A stretch of 64,000 bases of DNA, from positions 1-64,000 of the IMG/VR virus record IMGVR_UViG_3300042330_000854; one strand, written 5' to 3'. The number at the start of each line of letters is the position of its first letter. Position 1 is the stretch's first letter. Position numbers and translations under genes: made by a program. Below are positions 20,481-31,024 of the stretch, piece by piece. The notes beneath the pieces were generated by a model. That model made no database searches. It saw only the letters and a list, made by a program, of their open reading frames with translations, and had not been told where the DNA came from. Source of the DNA: a virus.

Positions 20481-22253
20481 ATGTTCAATTGGTTTAAAAA
20501 GCGTTTACTTTATTGGTTATTAGATGTTAAACAAATAAAAATAGGAGAATTATTTGAAAGCTCTAATCCACAATCACAAAAAACATATAATGAAGAAAAC
20601 CTTCTTTTTATTAATGAAGGTAAAACTGATTATTGGATAATAACACCCAATGGTCCAGAAAGAATAAAAAGAACTTTAAAAACAATTCCATTAAAAATTA
20701 TAGAATTAAAAACTGAAAATAATTCAATACGTTGTTCGGAAGATCATTTGCTTAAAATAGATAATATTTTTAAAAAAGCAAAAGAATATAAAATTAATGA
20801 TAAAATTACAACAATCAATGGTAATGAAAAAATAATTTCAATAAAACATTATGGTTATGATAATTGTTATGATTTAGAAATTGATAGTAAAGAACACGAA
20901 TATTATTCTGATAATTTTATTTCTCATAATTCTACTTGCATGGTTAGTTACATTCTTTGGTATAGTCAATTTCATAGAAATAAAACTATTTTAATTTCAG
21001 GTAATAAATTTTCTGCTGCCATTGAAAATATGGATCGTATTAGAGATAGTTATGAAGCATTGGATATGTGGATTAAACGAGGAGTTACTGAATACAACAA
21101 AGCAACAATAAGATTTGATAATGGTACAAAAATAATTGCATCAGCTACCACACCCAATGCTGGTCGTGGTCGCTCAGTTAATTTATTATTTTTAGATGAG
21201 TTGGCGTTCGTTAATGAGCGGTTTGCTCGTGAATATTGGAGTGCTATTCAACCAACATTAGGACAAACCAAAGGTAAATGTATTATTGCAAGTACGCCAA
21301 GAGCCGATACTGATCTTTTTTATGAACTTTGGGAAGGCGCAAATGATCTTTTTGATGAAAATGGCGAACCAAACCCAAGAGGTATTGGAAGAAATGGGTT
21401 TAAGCCACTTTTTTATCCTTGGTATGTTCATCCAGAACGCGGGCCTGAATGGGAAAAAGAATGGCGGGCTAAATTAGGCAAAAATTTCTTAGCAGAAATG
21501 GAATGTTTATTCGTATCAGATGAAGAAACTTTAGTTGATTCTATGGTTTTAAAAGATATAAAACCAAAAAATCCATTATTTGATATGGGCACAAGTCGTT
21601 GGTGGAAAGAACCTGAACCTAATAAAGTTTATATTTGTTCGTTAGACCCTTGTGTCGGAACTGGTAGAGATTATTCTGTAATTCAAATTTTTTCATTAAA
21701 TCCCTTTGAACAAATTGCAGAATGGAGAAATAATACTACTGATTTAAAAGGTCAATGTAGAATGTTGATTAATATGATGGGATATATTTGGGATAATTTA
21801 ATTGAAAACCCAAATCAAAGAGGTGATCCTGAATTATATTGGACCTTTGAAAATAATTCTATTGGTACTGCAATTGTTGAAGTGGTAAAAGATAATGGAG
21901 AAGAAGCATTTCCTGGTCAATTAATAAATGTAACATCAAGTGGTTCAGTAAAATATGGCTATTTTACGGGAAAACATAATAAATTAAAAAATTGTATTAA
22001 AATGAAATCATTGATTGAAACTAAAAAAATGACAATTAATAGCAGTTATTTATTAAATGAATTGAAAAATTATTTATCATCTGGTGGAAGTTATGCTGCT
22101 AAACCCGGTTATCATGATGATGCTGTAAGTGCTGTATTATTAATTATTGGGATATTAAATAAAGTTATGAATTGGAGTGAACAGGAAATTGAAGATTTAA
22201 AAGAAACCTTAGATGATAATTATGAAGAGGATGTTCCTGCTGTAATATTTTAA
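20481..22253 (+). CDS. terL: terminase large subunit C-terminal part fused to a split-intein C-fragment
   Basis: aa 1-150 carry intein blocks B (CSEDH), F (CYDLEI) and G (SHN|S); then gp17-like ATPase (GRGRSVNLLFLDELAF, IIASTP) and RNase H-like nuclease (LDPCVG.GRDYS, ENN, HDDAV); no Walker A. Confidence 0.9.
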   Translation: MFNWFKKRLLYWLLDVKQIKIGELFESSNPQSQKTYNEENLLFINEGKTDYWIITPNGPERIKRTLKTIPLKIIELKTENNSIRCSEDHLLKIDNIFKKAKEYKINDKITTINGNEKIISIKHYGYDNCYDLEIDSKEHEYYSDNFISHNSTCMVSYILWYSQFHRNKTILISGNKFSAAIENMDRIRDSYEALDMWIKRGVTEYNKATIRFDNGTKIIASATTPNAGRGRSVNLLFLDELAFVNERFAREYWSAIQPTLGQTKGKCIIASTPRADTDLFYELWEGANDLFDENGEPNPRGIGRNGFKPLFYPWYVHPERGPEWEKEWRAKLGKNFLAEMECLFVSDEETLVDSMVLKDIKPKNPLFDMGTSRWWKEPEPNKVYICSLDPCVGTGRDYSVIQIFSLNPFEQIAEWRNNTTDLKGQCRMLINMMGYIWDNLIENPNQRGDPELYWTFENNSIGTAIVEVVKDNGEEAFPGQLINVTSSGSVKYGYFTGKHNKLKNCIKMKSLIETKKMTINSSYLLNELKNYLSSGGSYAAKPGYHDDAVSAVLLIIGILNKVMNWSEQEIEDLKETLDDNYEEDVPAVIF

Positions 22254-22615
22254 TTTAAAAATATTATGTAATGCTATTATAAACATTCATTGATTTAATA
22301 TATAATGTATTTTCAACATAATTTTTATTTTTAACCAAATCTTTAATATATTGTTTTGCAGCTAATTCATTTGAAAAAGCATTCAAAAGATTAGTTGTAT
22401 CATAAAAACAATAAACAATATAAACTCTATTCACTTCATTATTCCTTTATTTGATATTTGATAGGTTTAGTATAATAAAAATAAAAATTTATGTCAAGTG
22501 TTTTTATAAGTTTCTCAATTTCCAAAGGGCTTTTTGCGTTTTATTCATATTTTGTACAGTTTTGTTGATACCGATTATAAGATTTATGAAGATGATGTTC
22601 CTGTTGTAATAATTT

Positions 22616-22649
22616 AAAAGAGGGAGAATTAATTCTCCCTCTCTTTTTT
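22616..22649. terminator. bidirectional hairpin terminator between convergent genes
   Basis: aaaagagggagaat-ta-attctccctctcttttt. Confidence 0.7.
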
Positions 22650-23137
22650 AAGAATTAAGAAAATCTTTAAGAATTAAATTCTTTTTAATTTCTTGTTCTT
22701 GTTCCTTTTTTTCTCGTAAATTATTTTGTTCTTCTTCTTTTTTAATGTTTTCACGAATTTCAATATTTAAAATAGGAACAATTTTATTTAAAATATCAAA
22801 AAATATATTTTCTTCAACAAATAAATCTAGTGTATTGTATGAAGATTTAAAATAGAAAATTCCTTGGTTAGCAACGTAAAACGTATAATCAACAGAAGTA
22901 TTAATATGTTTAGTAATGCATAATTCAAAATTATTAATAGTTGTATAATAATTTTCAATAAAGCTTTTGCTATTTTTAACATAATAATACTTTAAATAGT
23001 GAATATTATCAAAAAAGAAAAGCATTTCTTTTGTAAAACGGGTATCAGTTAAATTCATAATTTTTCTCCTTTGATTGGTTGCGACGTTTCTGTTTTGATA
23101 AAACCAATATAGAAAATTTTCTGGTCTTTGTCAAGGA

Positions 23138-23479
23138 TTAATTTTGTAAAAACCATAACACTTTATCGGTTTCTGTAAAAACTCCAATTATTTGAAAATA
23201 AAGATCGGAATTTGGATGATCGTTAATCCAATCCCTGACGCTTTTATAATAGTTTTCGTTTAGATAAAAATCTTTTACATTGTTTGCGTTAGGCCAAATA
23301 ACTGCTGGTCCAGTTAATCTATGCCTTATTCTTCCTTTTAAGCACCATTCTTTATAACCATCAGATAAATCTTCAAGCGCAGGTGTTTCTTCATTGAAAG
23401 AAGAAATTTCATCCCAAGGAACATTCCTAATAAGATTGGTGATAAATTTTTCACCATCAACATAATAAACATAACTCAT
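23138..23479 (-). CDS. HRxxGPA-family dispersed paralogue
   Basis: RHRLTGPA...HPNSDLYF...ETDKVLWFLQN. Confidence 0.8.
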   Translation of the reverse strand: MSYVYYVDGEKFITNLIRNVPWDEISSFNEETPALEDLSDGYKEWCLKGRIRHRLTGPAVIWPNANNVKDFYLNENYYKSVRDWINDHPNSDLYFQIIGVFTETDKVLWFLQN

Positions 23480-24123
23480 GACTTTAATAACTCCAATGTT
23501 AATAATTTATTAAATTCTAATTTATCTTCTAAAGTTTTAAATTTAATAGTAATTATTTTTATATCACCAAAGGAACACTGATCTGATAATATATAATCAT
23601 TTTTAATGTCTTCTAAAATTGGTTTAAATTTAAAATATAAATCTTCATCTGTAAAAATCATGTAATGATAATTTTTATCTCTATTATCTTTTTTTAAATA
23701 AAAATGCAAAAATGAACTCAATTTATTTTCTTTATAAGAAGCATAAATTGAACAATTTTTAGAAAAATTGGCTAAGCTTTGTATTATTGGTATAATATTT
23801 TCTATAGATATTATTAATTCGTGCTTTGAAAAAAGAATACCATTGATTTTGTTATTTTCTGTTAAAAAACTATAAATTGGGTAAAAATAACAAAATGTTG
23901 AAGGTAATAAATATATTAACCCAATAAATCCAAATAAAAAATAAAATAAAATATAAGAAGATAAAAGGAATACTGTTGATAAAACATACATTACAGGATT
24001 TGTTTTATATAATTTTTGAAAAGGTACAATCAAATAATACCATAACTTATTTGTAATTATTTTATCGATCACGCTTTCTTCCTTTTCTTGAATATGCTCC
24101 TTTGCCGCGTTTTGCTTTAACAA
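23476..24123 (-). CDS. membrane protein
   Basis: Long hydrophobic stretch at about aa 45-87. Confidence 0.55.
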   Translation of the reverse strand: MLKQNAAKEHIQEKEESVIDKIITNKLWYYLIVPFQKLYKTNPVMYVLSTVFLLSSYILFYFLFGFIGLIYLLPSTFCYFYPIYSFLTENNKINGILFSKHELIISIENIIPIIQSLANFSKNCSIYASYKENKLSSFLHFYLKKDNRDKNYHYMIFTDEDLYFKFKPILEDIKNDYILSDQCSFGDIKIITIKFKTLEDKLEFNKLLTLELLKS

Positions 24124-24268
24124 CTTTTTGTCGAGTTGTGTGAATCATTGCAGCAACAATAGGATTGCGACGAACAACTTTCTTTTTCATAATAAAATCT
24201 CCTTTCGGTTAAAAAAGGAGATTATCATTAATTGTTTATTTTTTCAAGCTATTTTTGCTTTAATTTAT

Positions 24269-24520
24269 TTATTTTACCATTTCTAAAATATCTTCAACTT
24301 TTTGTGTTTCTTCTTTCATATCTTGTAAATTATCTTTAAATTTGGCCGCAATTGCTTTGTTAATTTCTTTTGCTTTCATACCAGTTTTATCAGCAAAATC
24401 TTTTACTAAATCTTTTAAAGATTCTTGACGATCTTTTACTTCTTGTTTAATCATAACACCTTCATCAATGATTTTTTTAAGTTGTTGTTGTTCTTCTGGG
24501 CTTAATTGTTGTACATCCAT
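24269..24520 (-). CDS. T4 DsbA-like dsDNA-binding protein
   Basis: Small helical protein LKKIIDEGV...LKDLVKD...KEINKAI. Confidence 0.55.
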   Translation of the reverse strand: MDVQQLSPEEQQQLKKIIDEGVMIKQEVKDRQESLKDLVKDFADKTGMKAKEINKAIAAKFKDNLQDMKEETQKVEDILEMVK

Positions 24521-24585
24521 TTTTTATATCCTCTGTAAATGTAAACTTACTTTAACAAATTAAATTTTAAAATGCAAAATTCTTC

Positions 24586-24614
24586 TTGACAAAATAAGGA
24601 AAATTTTCTATATT
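24586..24614 (+). promoter_or_regulatory. sigma70-like early promoter with GAAAATTTTC palindrome in the spacer
   Basis: TTGACA-17-TATATT; related copies at 30024, 51343, 57996 and on the minus strand at about 2120 and 23106. Confidence 0.75.
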
Positions 24615-24637
24615 AAAACATCAAAGGAGAAAACATC

Positions 24638-25252
24638 ATGACCAATTATTCTAAACTTCGGCTAGTGCTTGTTGAACGGCTTTCAGGTATGAATATGTTT
24701 AAAGCTGTAGAAGCTTTGAATTATGCTGAAAGTTTGCATGATGGCTTTCGCAAAGATAAAGTTACGCCAGAATTTCAACATCAATTGGAAATTGCAGCGT
24801 ATATTCTTACCTTGCATAGTTCAATTGAAAATGTAGAAACTACAATGGCTGCTGCATTTCTTCATGATACCATTGAAGATATTTCGCATGTTAATCAACA
24901 AACAATTGAAAACCTGTTTGGTAAAGAAATTGCAGAAGTAACATTTAAATTGGCTAAGAAGGGTAATGGCTTTGTAAAAACTACTGAAAGTTATTATGCT
25001 GAATTAGCCAATGATTCAATTGCTGCTATTGTAAAAGGGGCAGATCGTAGTCATAATCTCAGTACAATGCTTGGTGTTTTTTCTAATGAGAAAATCGGCC
25101 AATACATTGAAGAAACTAGGAGTTTTGTTCTACCAATGCTTAAACAAGCTAGGAAACAATTTCCCAAACAACGTATGGTTTTTGAAAACATTAAATTTGT
25201 TATTGAAAGCCATATTCGCCCTGTAGAATTTTTTCTAAATCAAAAACAATGA
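24638..25252 (+). CDS. HD-domain RelA/SpoT-type (p)ppGpp hydrolase-like protein
   Basis: H.GFRKD..TPEF.H, AAFLHDTIED, VKGADRSHNL. Confidence 0.85.
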   Translation: MTNYSKLRLVLVERLSGMNMFKAVEALNYAESLHDGFRKDKVTPEFQHQLEIAAYILTLHSSIENVETTMAAAFLHDTIEDISHVNQQTIENLFGKEIAEVTFKLAKKGNGFVKTTESYYAELANDSIAAIVKGADRSHNLSTMLGVFSNEKIGQYIEETRSFVLPMLKQARKQFPKQRMVFENIKFVIESHIRPVEFFLNQKQ

Positions 25253-25644
25253 CAAACTTTAAAAAAAGGGGGAAATATTTCCCCCTTCCTATTTTTATTA
25301 AAAATTTATTTAAAAATAGATATATTTATTATATCTATGGTAAAAAATATACAACTAATGAATATTTTAATATTCCATTTGATGTTATCTTATCTCCTGA
25401 TGAAAATACACCCGCATTTGAAGATATTTATTATTGGGAGAAAATTTGGTGTGAAAAAGGTTATTTTCATCGATTAACTGGTCCAGCATGTATTTCTCAT
25501 ACAGGCGAGGAAAATTATTGGTTAAATGGTGATCCATATGACAATGTTAATGATTGGTTAACAGCGCATCCAAATCCCGATCTTTATTTTGATACAATTG
25601 GTTTAAGTGAAACCGTTAGAGTTTTGTATTTTCTTAAAAATTAA
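25249..25644 (+). CDS. HRxxGPA-family dispersed paralogue
   Basis: FHRLTGPA...HPNPDLYFD...VLYFLKN. Confidence 0.75.
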   Translation: MTNFKKRGKYFPLPIFIKNLFKNRYIYYIYGKKYTTNEYFNIPFDVILSPDENTPAFEDIYYWEKIWCEKGYFHRLTGPACISHTGEENYWLNGDPYDNVNDWLTAHPNPDLYFDTIGLSETVRVLYFLKN

Positions 25645-25671
25645 TTAAATACTAAAAATTAGGAAATTTTT

Positions 25672-26076
25672 ATGTTGCAAAAATTATTAAATTTATTTGA
25701 AAATAAAATTTTAAAACAAACTGCTTGGATTATCGTAATTTACCAAGGAAAAATTTTATTAGGAAAAAGAAGTAAATTTTGTAATAACCCCGGACAATGG
25801 AATTTTCCAGGTGGCACAATTGATCCAAATGAAAATCCAAAACAAGCGGCACAACGTGAAACAAAAGAAGAAACTAATTTGGACGTTTTAAATTTACAAT
25901 TTTTACAAAAAATACAAAATTCATATTATTTTGTAGCTTATGTTAATGATTTATCAAGATTAAAAATAACAAAAGAAACTGAAAAATATAAATTAGTTGA
26001 TCCAAATAAATTACCTAAAAATTTACATTATTCAGTTAAATTATTTTTAACAAAAAATTCATTGGATAATTTATAA
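25672..26076 (+). CDS. NUDIX hydrolase
   Basis: Nudix box GGTIDPNENPKQAAQRETKEETNL. Confidence 0.9.
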   Translation: MLQKLLNLFENKILKQTAWIIVIYQGKILLGKRSKFCNNPGQWNFPGGTIDPNENPKQAAQRETKEETNLDVLNLQFLQKIQNSYYFVAYVNDLSRLKITKETEKYKLVDPNKLPKNLHYSVKLFLTKNSLDNL

Positions 26077-26137
26077 AATTTATTGCTTGATTTTTGTTTA
26101 ATATATTTTATAATAATCTTTTAATAAGGAGATTATT

Positions 26138-26651
26138 ATGCTTAAACATTATCAAAATATTGCATTTGATTTAGATGAAACTTTAATCAATGGTCCACAT
26201 AGTTATCAATTACAATATTTTGTAAAACATTATAATAAAGAAAAAAACCTTTCATATTGTTACATTTAGAACAAACGATGAATTTTCTACAATTTTAACT
26301 GATTTACAAAATAATAATATCGATATAAATCATTTTAATTCAATACAAACTGCGCCTAATGATATATTTGAAAATCATATTGTTTGGCTTAAATATGTTG
26401 ATATTTTTAATCGCGCAAATCCAAATAAACAAACGAGAATTAAACAAAAAAATTCTAATCATGATTATTATTTTGAAAAATATAATAATCTAATTAAATG
26501 GAAAGCTGAAATTTGTAAACAAATAAATGCAGAAATATTAATTGATGATTTAGATCGATTAACAAAAGATCATTGTGAAAAATTAAATGTTGATTTTATT
26601 ATTTCTCATAAATCTAAATTTATAAAAAACAAATATCTTTTTCAAATTTAA
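26138..26651 (+). pseudogene. HAD-superfamily phosphatase interrupted by a +1 frameshift
   Basis: Frame 1 MLKHYQNIAFDLDETL... stops early; the +1 frame after A7-CCTTT (26241-26252) continues HIVTFR...WKAEICK...ILIDD to TAA at 26651. Confidence 0.7.
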
Positions 26652-26717
26652 AAAAATTTTACATTTGACAATTTTTCAATTATATGAAAAAATCATCTTT
26701 TAATAAAGGATTATTTT

Positions 26718-27038
26718 ATGAAACATGTTATTGGTTATGTTATTGGTTATATTATTTGTTTAACTATTATTTTTATTATGATGGCAATTAGTCCCATTTT
26801 ATATAAATGGTTTGTATTTGTATTTTATGGAATTAGTATTCTTGGCTTAACGATTATGATTTTTCAAAAAATGGATAATAAAAAACATGTAGATGTTGTT
26901 AATGTATTTCCAATTTTACATGTTTTTATTTTTAAATATTTGGGTTTTTCAATTGAAATACAAATCGTTCATGCAATTTTTGTAATTGTTTATTATCTAT
27001 TACTTGGAATAAAAACATACAAATATAATAAAAAATAA
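26718..27038 (+). CDS. multi-pass membrane protein
   Basis: Four hydrophobic segments; SD AAGGA. Confidence 0.65.
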   Translation: MKHVIGYVIGYIICLTIIFIMMAISPILYKWFVFVFYGISILGLTIMIFQKMDNKKHVDVVNVFPILHVFIFKYLGFSIEIQIVHAIFVIVYYLLLGIKTYKYNKK

Positions 27039-27040
27039 TA

Positions 27041-28474
27041 TTATTTTTTAGAAACTATCTTTATTAATAATTGTATATATTTTTCTAATTTTAAATTCTC
27101 TTCAAATTCAAACCATCTAGATAATCGTTCATTAACTAATTCTAAATCATCTAAAGATATTGGATAAAATTTTTCTTTAAAATTTAAAGCAATCTTTTTT
27201 AAATTTTCCGCTGTTGGATTGTTATACGCAAAATAATTCTTTATTACTATAAGTGCATGTATTATATCAGAATTAAAATTTAATGATTTTTCATCATCAT
27301 CTAAATCTATTAATTTACTTAATTTTTTACCATATTCATTTGCATAAGCATTTGGATCACTGGCTATTGTTAATGCTTGTGCAATTCTTCCCATAACCAT
27401 TTTAATTTTATCTAAATCTTTATGATAATCAACATTTCCTGGCGCTCGTATTTCTAAATATCCTAATTCTTTGAATTTATTAAAATTTACAGTTTGATAC
27501 TTATCATTTAATTGTCTTATTAAAGCATCATTTAAATTTGCATTGAATAAAGTTGTTGTATTATCTTGGCGAAATTTCTTTATTTTATTAGTTAAAGTTT
27601 CTGCATAATTTTTATCATTAAATGTTAAACGATTGAAAATTTTTGCAACATAAACATCATTGAAAAATAATAAAAATTTTAATAAATCAATTTTATTTTG
27701 TTCTTCACCTTTCCAAGTACCAACATTAATATGTAATCCAGTTGAACTATTGGTTTCTAATTCTTGATTATTATGAATAAAATCAAAAACATTTTCTAAA
27801 GCAGCAATTGCATTATCGTATTTTAACACAGGAGTAACAATTTCTGCACCTGTTGGTCTTATAGAACTGTCACTAACAACATTCCAATTTCTATAAACAG
27901 GTAAATCTTCTTGAAATAATTCTCTTATTATTTCAACCGCATTATTAGTGATTTCTTCAGATTCGGCAACTCTTTGTTCATCTAACCATTCAATATAATA
28001 ATCATTTTCATTGTCCATATAATATTCATCTTTTTTAAATAAATCTACAATATCAATTTCATTACAATCAACATATTCAAATAATTCTTTTAAAGAATTA
28101 CAATTATATAAATCATATCTATCAATTTCATTATCATCTTCATCGTATTTTACTATTTCAGAAAATGTAGTTTTATCATATTCCCAATCGTTTTTTAATG
28201 AACAATTTTTTAAAATGTTCTTTAATTTAGTGCGATCACCATTAATAAATTTATTAAAATAAGATTTAACAATGTCTTTTATTTGTTTAGGTCTAATATT
28301 TACATACCAATAATCACTGGCCTCGTCATAAGTTTCAAAATCAAAATAATTATCATTGATTTCATCAGTATAAGCAATTTCAAACTCAAACCCCCAAGTA
28401 AAATTATTTGATAATTTACTTAATGTTTTATTTGCCATATTAGCATTTCGTTCTTGTAATTGTTGTAATCTCAT
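27041..28474 (-). CDS. putative amidoligase (COOH-NH2 ligase) family protein 1
   Basis: TWGFEFE, DSSI, GAEIVTPVL, STGLHINVG, KYQTVNF, YLEIRAPG. Confidence 0.8.
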   Translation of the reverse strand: MRLQQLQERNANMANKTLSKLSNNFTWGFEFEIAYTDEINDNYFDFETYDEASDYWYVNIRPKQIKDIVKSYFNKFINGDRTKLKNILKNCSLKNDWEYDKTTFSEIVKYDEDDNEIDRYDLYNCNSLKELFEYVDCNEIDIVDLFKKDEYYMDNENDYYIEWLDEQRVAESEEITNNAVEIIRELFQEDLPVYRNWNVVSDSSIRPTGAEIVTPVLKYDNAIAALENVFDFIHNNQELETNSSTGLHINVGTWKGEEQNKIDLLKFLLFFNDVYVAKIFNRLTFNDKNYAETLTNKIKKFRQDNTTTLFNANLNDALIRQLNDKYQTVNFNKFKELGYLEIRAPGNVDYHKDLDKIKMVMGRIAQALTIASDPNAYANEYGKKLSKLIDLDDDEKSLNFNSDIIHALIVIKNYFAYNNPTAENLKKIALNFKEKFYPISLDDLELVNERLSRWFEFEENLKLEKYIQLLIKIVSKK

Positions 28475-28541
28475 ATACTTATTTATTAAAAATATTCTAT
28501 TGACAAAAAAACTTATAATAATACAATAAAATCAAAAGGAG

Positions 28542-29114
28542 ATGAAAATGATTGAAGAATTAGAAAATATCTTAAAAAACAATCTTTATTTTTTAAGAGG
28601 ATCAAGAATTTATCAAACCAATCATGAAAACTCTGATTGGGATTTTTGTGTTATTGGAGATTTAAACGATAATCAAAAAATTAAAATAAACTCTTTGCTA
28701 AATTGTAATTTTGAATTTTTTACCAAAGAAGAATTTCAAAATGAAATTTACAATCATGAAATTTCAGCACTAGAATGCTTATGGACAAAAGAAAACAATT
28801 TTCTTTTCAATCTTGATTTAAAAATTTTGAGAAAATCAATCGCCCAAAAAGCAAGCAATTCTTATGTTAAAGCAAAAAAGAAACTAATCGATAATGAAAT
28901 CGAAATAGCACAAAAATCTCTTTTTCATAGCTTTCGTATTTTAGATTTTGGAACGCAAATTGCAACTAATGGTAAAATACAAAATTATTCTTCTATGAAT
29001 TTTATCTTAAATGAAATTAAAAATTTAGAACCAAATTGGAATTTATGGGAAGAAAAATTTAAAAAATTACATAATCAATTTCATAGTGAATTTAAAACAA
29101 AGGCGCCAAAATGA
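28542..29114 (+). CDS. DNA pol beta-superfamily nucleotidyltransferase
   Basis: LRGSRIYQT...SDWDF; KSLFHSFRILDFG. Confidence 0.8.
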   Translation: MKMIEELENILKNNLYFLRGSRIYQTNHENSDWDFCVIGDLNDNQKIKINSLLNCNFEFFTKEEFQNEIYNHEISALECLWTKENNFLFNLDLKILRKSIAQKASNSYVKAKKKLIDNEIEIAQKSLFHSFRILDFGTQIATNGKIQNYSSMNFILNEIKNLEPNWNLWEEKFKKLHNQFHSEFKTKAPK

Positions 29115-29488
29115 ATAAATTTATACAAAAAATAAAATCAATTTTTATTAGACAAAAAAAGTATGTTTATTTTATTGATGGTAAAAAATTTACAACTAAC
29201 AATTATGATGATATTCCATTATATGATATTTCGTCACCAGACGAAAATACACCCGCTTATGAAAATTTATCAAATGGATTTAAAGTTTGGTGTAAAAAAG
29301 GTTTTTTTCGGCAACGATTAACCGGGCCTGCTATTATTTGGTCTCATGGAAGAGAAGAATTTTATTTAAATGATAGCTATTATGAAAATATTCATGCTTG
29401 GTTAAAAGATCATCCAAATCCCGATCTTTATTTTGATGCTTTAGGAATGACGGAAACCGATAAAATTCTTTGGTTTTTACAAAATTAG
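29111..29488 (+). CDS. HRxxGPA-family dispersed paralogue
   Basis: RLTGPA...HPNPDLYFDALG.TETDKILWFLQN. Confidence 0.8.
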   Translation: MNKFIQKIKSIFIRQKKYVYFIDGKKFTTNNYDDIPLYDISSPDENTPAYENLSNGFKVWCKKGFFRQRLTGPAIIWSHGREEFYLNDSYYENIHAWLKDHPNPDLYFDALGMTETDKILWFLQN

Positions 29489-29603
29489 TTTTAAGGCGAT
29501 TTAACGCCCATTAAATCAATTAACTAACCCAATTACCTAAATCAAGTTAAAACCCCTGTAACCTATCTTAAAACTCGATTAAACACCTATTTGAAAGAAA
29601 GAA

Positions 29604-29915
29604 ATGAAATATATTTATTATGTTGATGGTGAAAAATTTACTTCTGATAATTTAGATGAAATTCCTCATTATGATATATCCTCACCAAATGAAAATACGC
29701 CTGGTTTTGAGAACTTAGAAATAGGTAGAAAAATTTGGTGTAAAAAGAAATGGATTATTCATAGATTATCAGGACCAGCTATTATCGATAAAGATGGTAA
29801 TGAAAGATTTTATCTAAATGGAGAATTTTATATTGATAATGTTATTCTTTGGCTTAAACATCATCCAAATCAAGACAATACCTTTCAGATTGAAATGTTG
29901 TTAAAATACACATAA
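29604..29915 (+). CDS. HRxxGPA-family dispersed paralogue
   Basis: HRLSGPA...HPNQDNTFQIEMLLKYT. Confidence 0.8.
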   Translation: MKYIYYVDGEKFTSDNLDEIPHYDISSPNENTPGFENLEIGRKIWCKKKWIIHRLSGPAIIDKDGNERFYLNGEFYIDNVILWLKHHPNQDNTFQIEMLLKYT

Positions 29916-30365
29916 TTTTTCTTTTTTAATAAATTTTCTATTCATGAAGAGCCGCAGAAAATATAGAGATTTTGAATGTGTTCGTACAACTGCAACGTAA
30001 CAAAAATTAAATTTAAAAAATGCTTGACAAAGAACAGAAAATTTTCTATATTATATTCATCAAAACAAATAGGAGATTATTATGCAAAAGAAAATTCAAC
30101 TTACAAAAGAAGAACTTGAATCTTTTATAAATTATCCTCAAAGTTTTGAAAATTTTTTTCAAAGAATCTTTATTGTTGATGTTATTCGAGAACATGATGA
30201 ATGTGAAAACAATGAAGGTGTTTTAGTTATTTTTGATAATGATGATTATCGTTATGAAATTGAATTTACTTATAATAATATTGGTGATTATGTTTTTAAA
30301 AATATTTTTGATTTTATTGAAATTGTAGATGTTTCAGTATTAATTGATAAAAACTCCTAAATAAA

Positions 30366-30785
30366 AAATCTCTTGACAAGCTATCAACCATTTTATATAT
30401 TGGGTCTATCGAAACGAAAACAGGAGTAATTTAAAATGTTGATTAATGCAAAAGATGCTCGTGAACAATTTAATAACTATGGTATCGTTGAAAAATTTAA
30501 CGATCAAATTCAAAAAACTATTGAAAAAGGGCAAACTACTTTTGAATTTTCTGGACGTTATTTTGGTGACACACAGGAACATAATACAACATGTCGCATT
30601 CGTAATTTTATTAACGAATTAAAGGCCAATGGTTATAAATGTGAACGTAAACGTGAAAATGGGTTGGTAGTTGGTATTATCGTAAGTTTTTAAGATTTTT
30701 TCATTAATAAATCTCTTGACAAGCTATCAACGCTTTTATATATTGGGTTTATCAAAACGAAAACAGGAGTAATTAAAAATGTTGA
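30366..30785 (+). repeat. duplicated promoter+RBS module (about 30366-30440 and 30709-30785)
   Basis: aaatctcTTGACAagctatcaac..ttttaTATATTgggt.tatc.aaacgaaaacAGGAGtaat...ATGttgatta occurs twice. Confidence 0.85.
30436..30693 (+). CDS. small early protein, tandem paralogue A
   Basis: MLI.AK.A.EQ...EL...GY...IIVSF. Confidence 0.7.
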   Translation: MLINAKDAREQFNNYGIVEKFNDQIQKTIEKGQTTFEFSGRYFGDTQEHNTTCRIRNFINELKANGYKCERKRENGLVVGIIVSF

Positions 30786-31024
30786 TTAGTGCAAAAATTG
30801 CCAGTGAACAAATTGAAAAATTATCTCGTGAAGAGCGTTTTAATAATAAAGTTGAACATGCTATTAAAATGGGTGAACGTGAATTTTCTTTTGATACAAG
30901 ATTTACTAAAGAAAATAGAGATAAATATAATCTTTTTTGTGATGAACTTGAAACTGCTGGTTATTTTATTAATTCTGTTCCAAACTTTGAAAGTAATAAA
31001 CTTTTAATTATTGTAAGTTTTTAA
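30779..31024 (+). CDS. small early protein, tandem paralogue B
   Basis: Same motifs as 30436. Confidence 0.7.
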   Translation: MLISAKIASEQIEKLSREERFNNKVEHAIKMGEREFSFDTRFTKENRDKYNLFCDELETAGYFINSVPNFESNKLLIIVSF

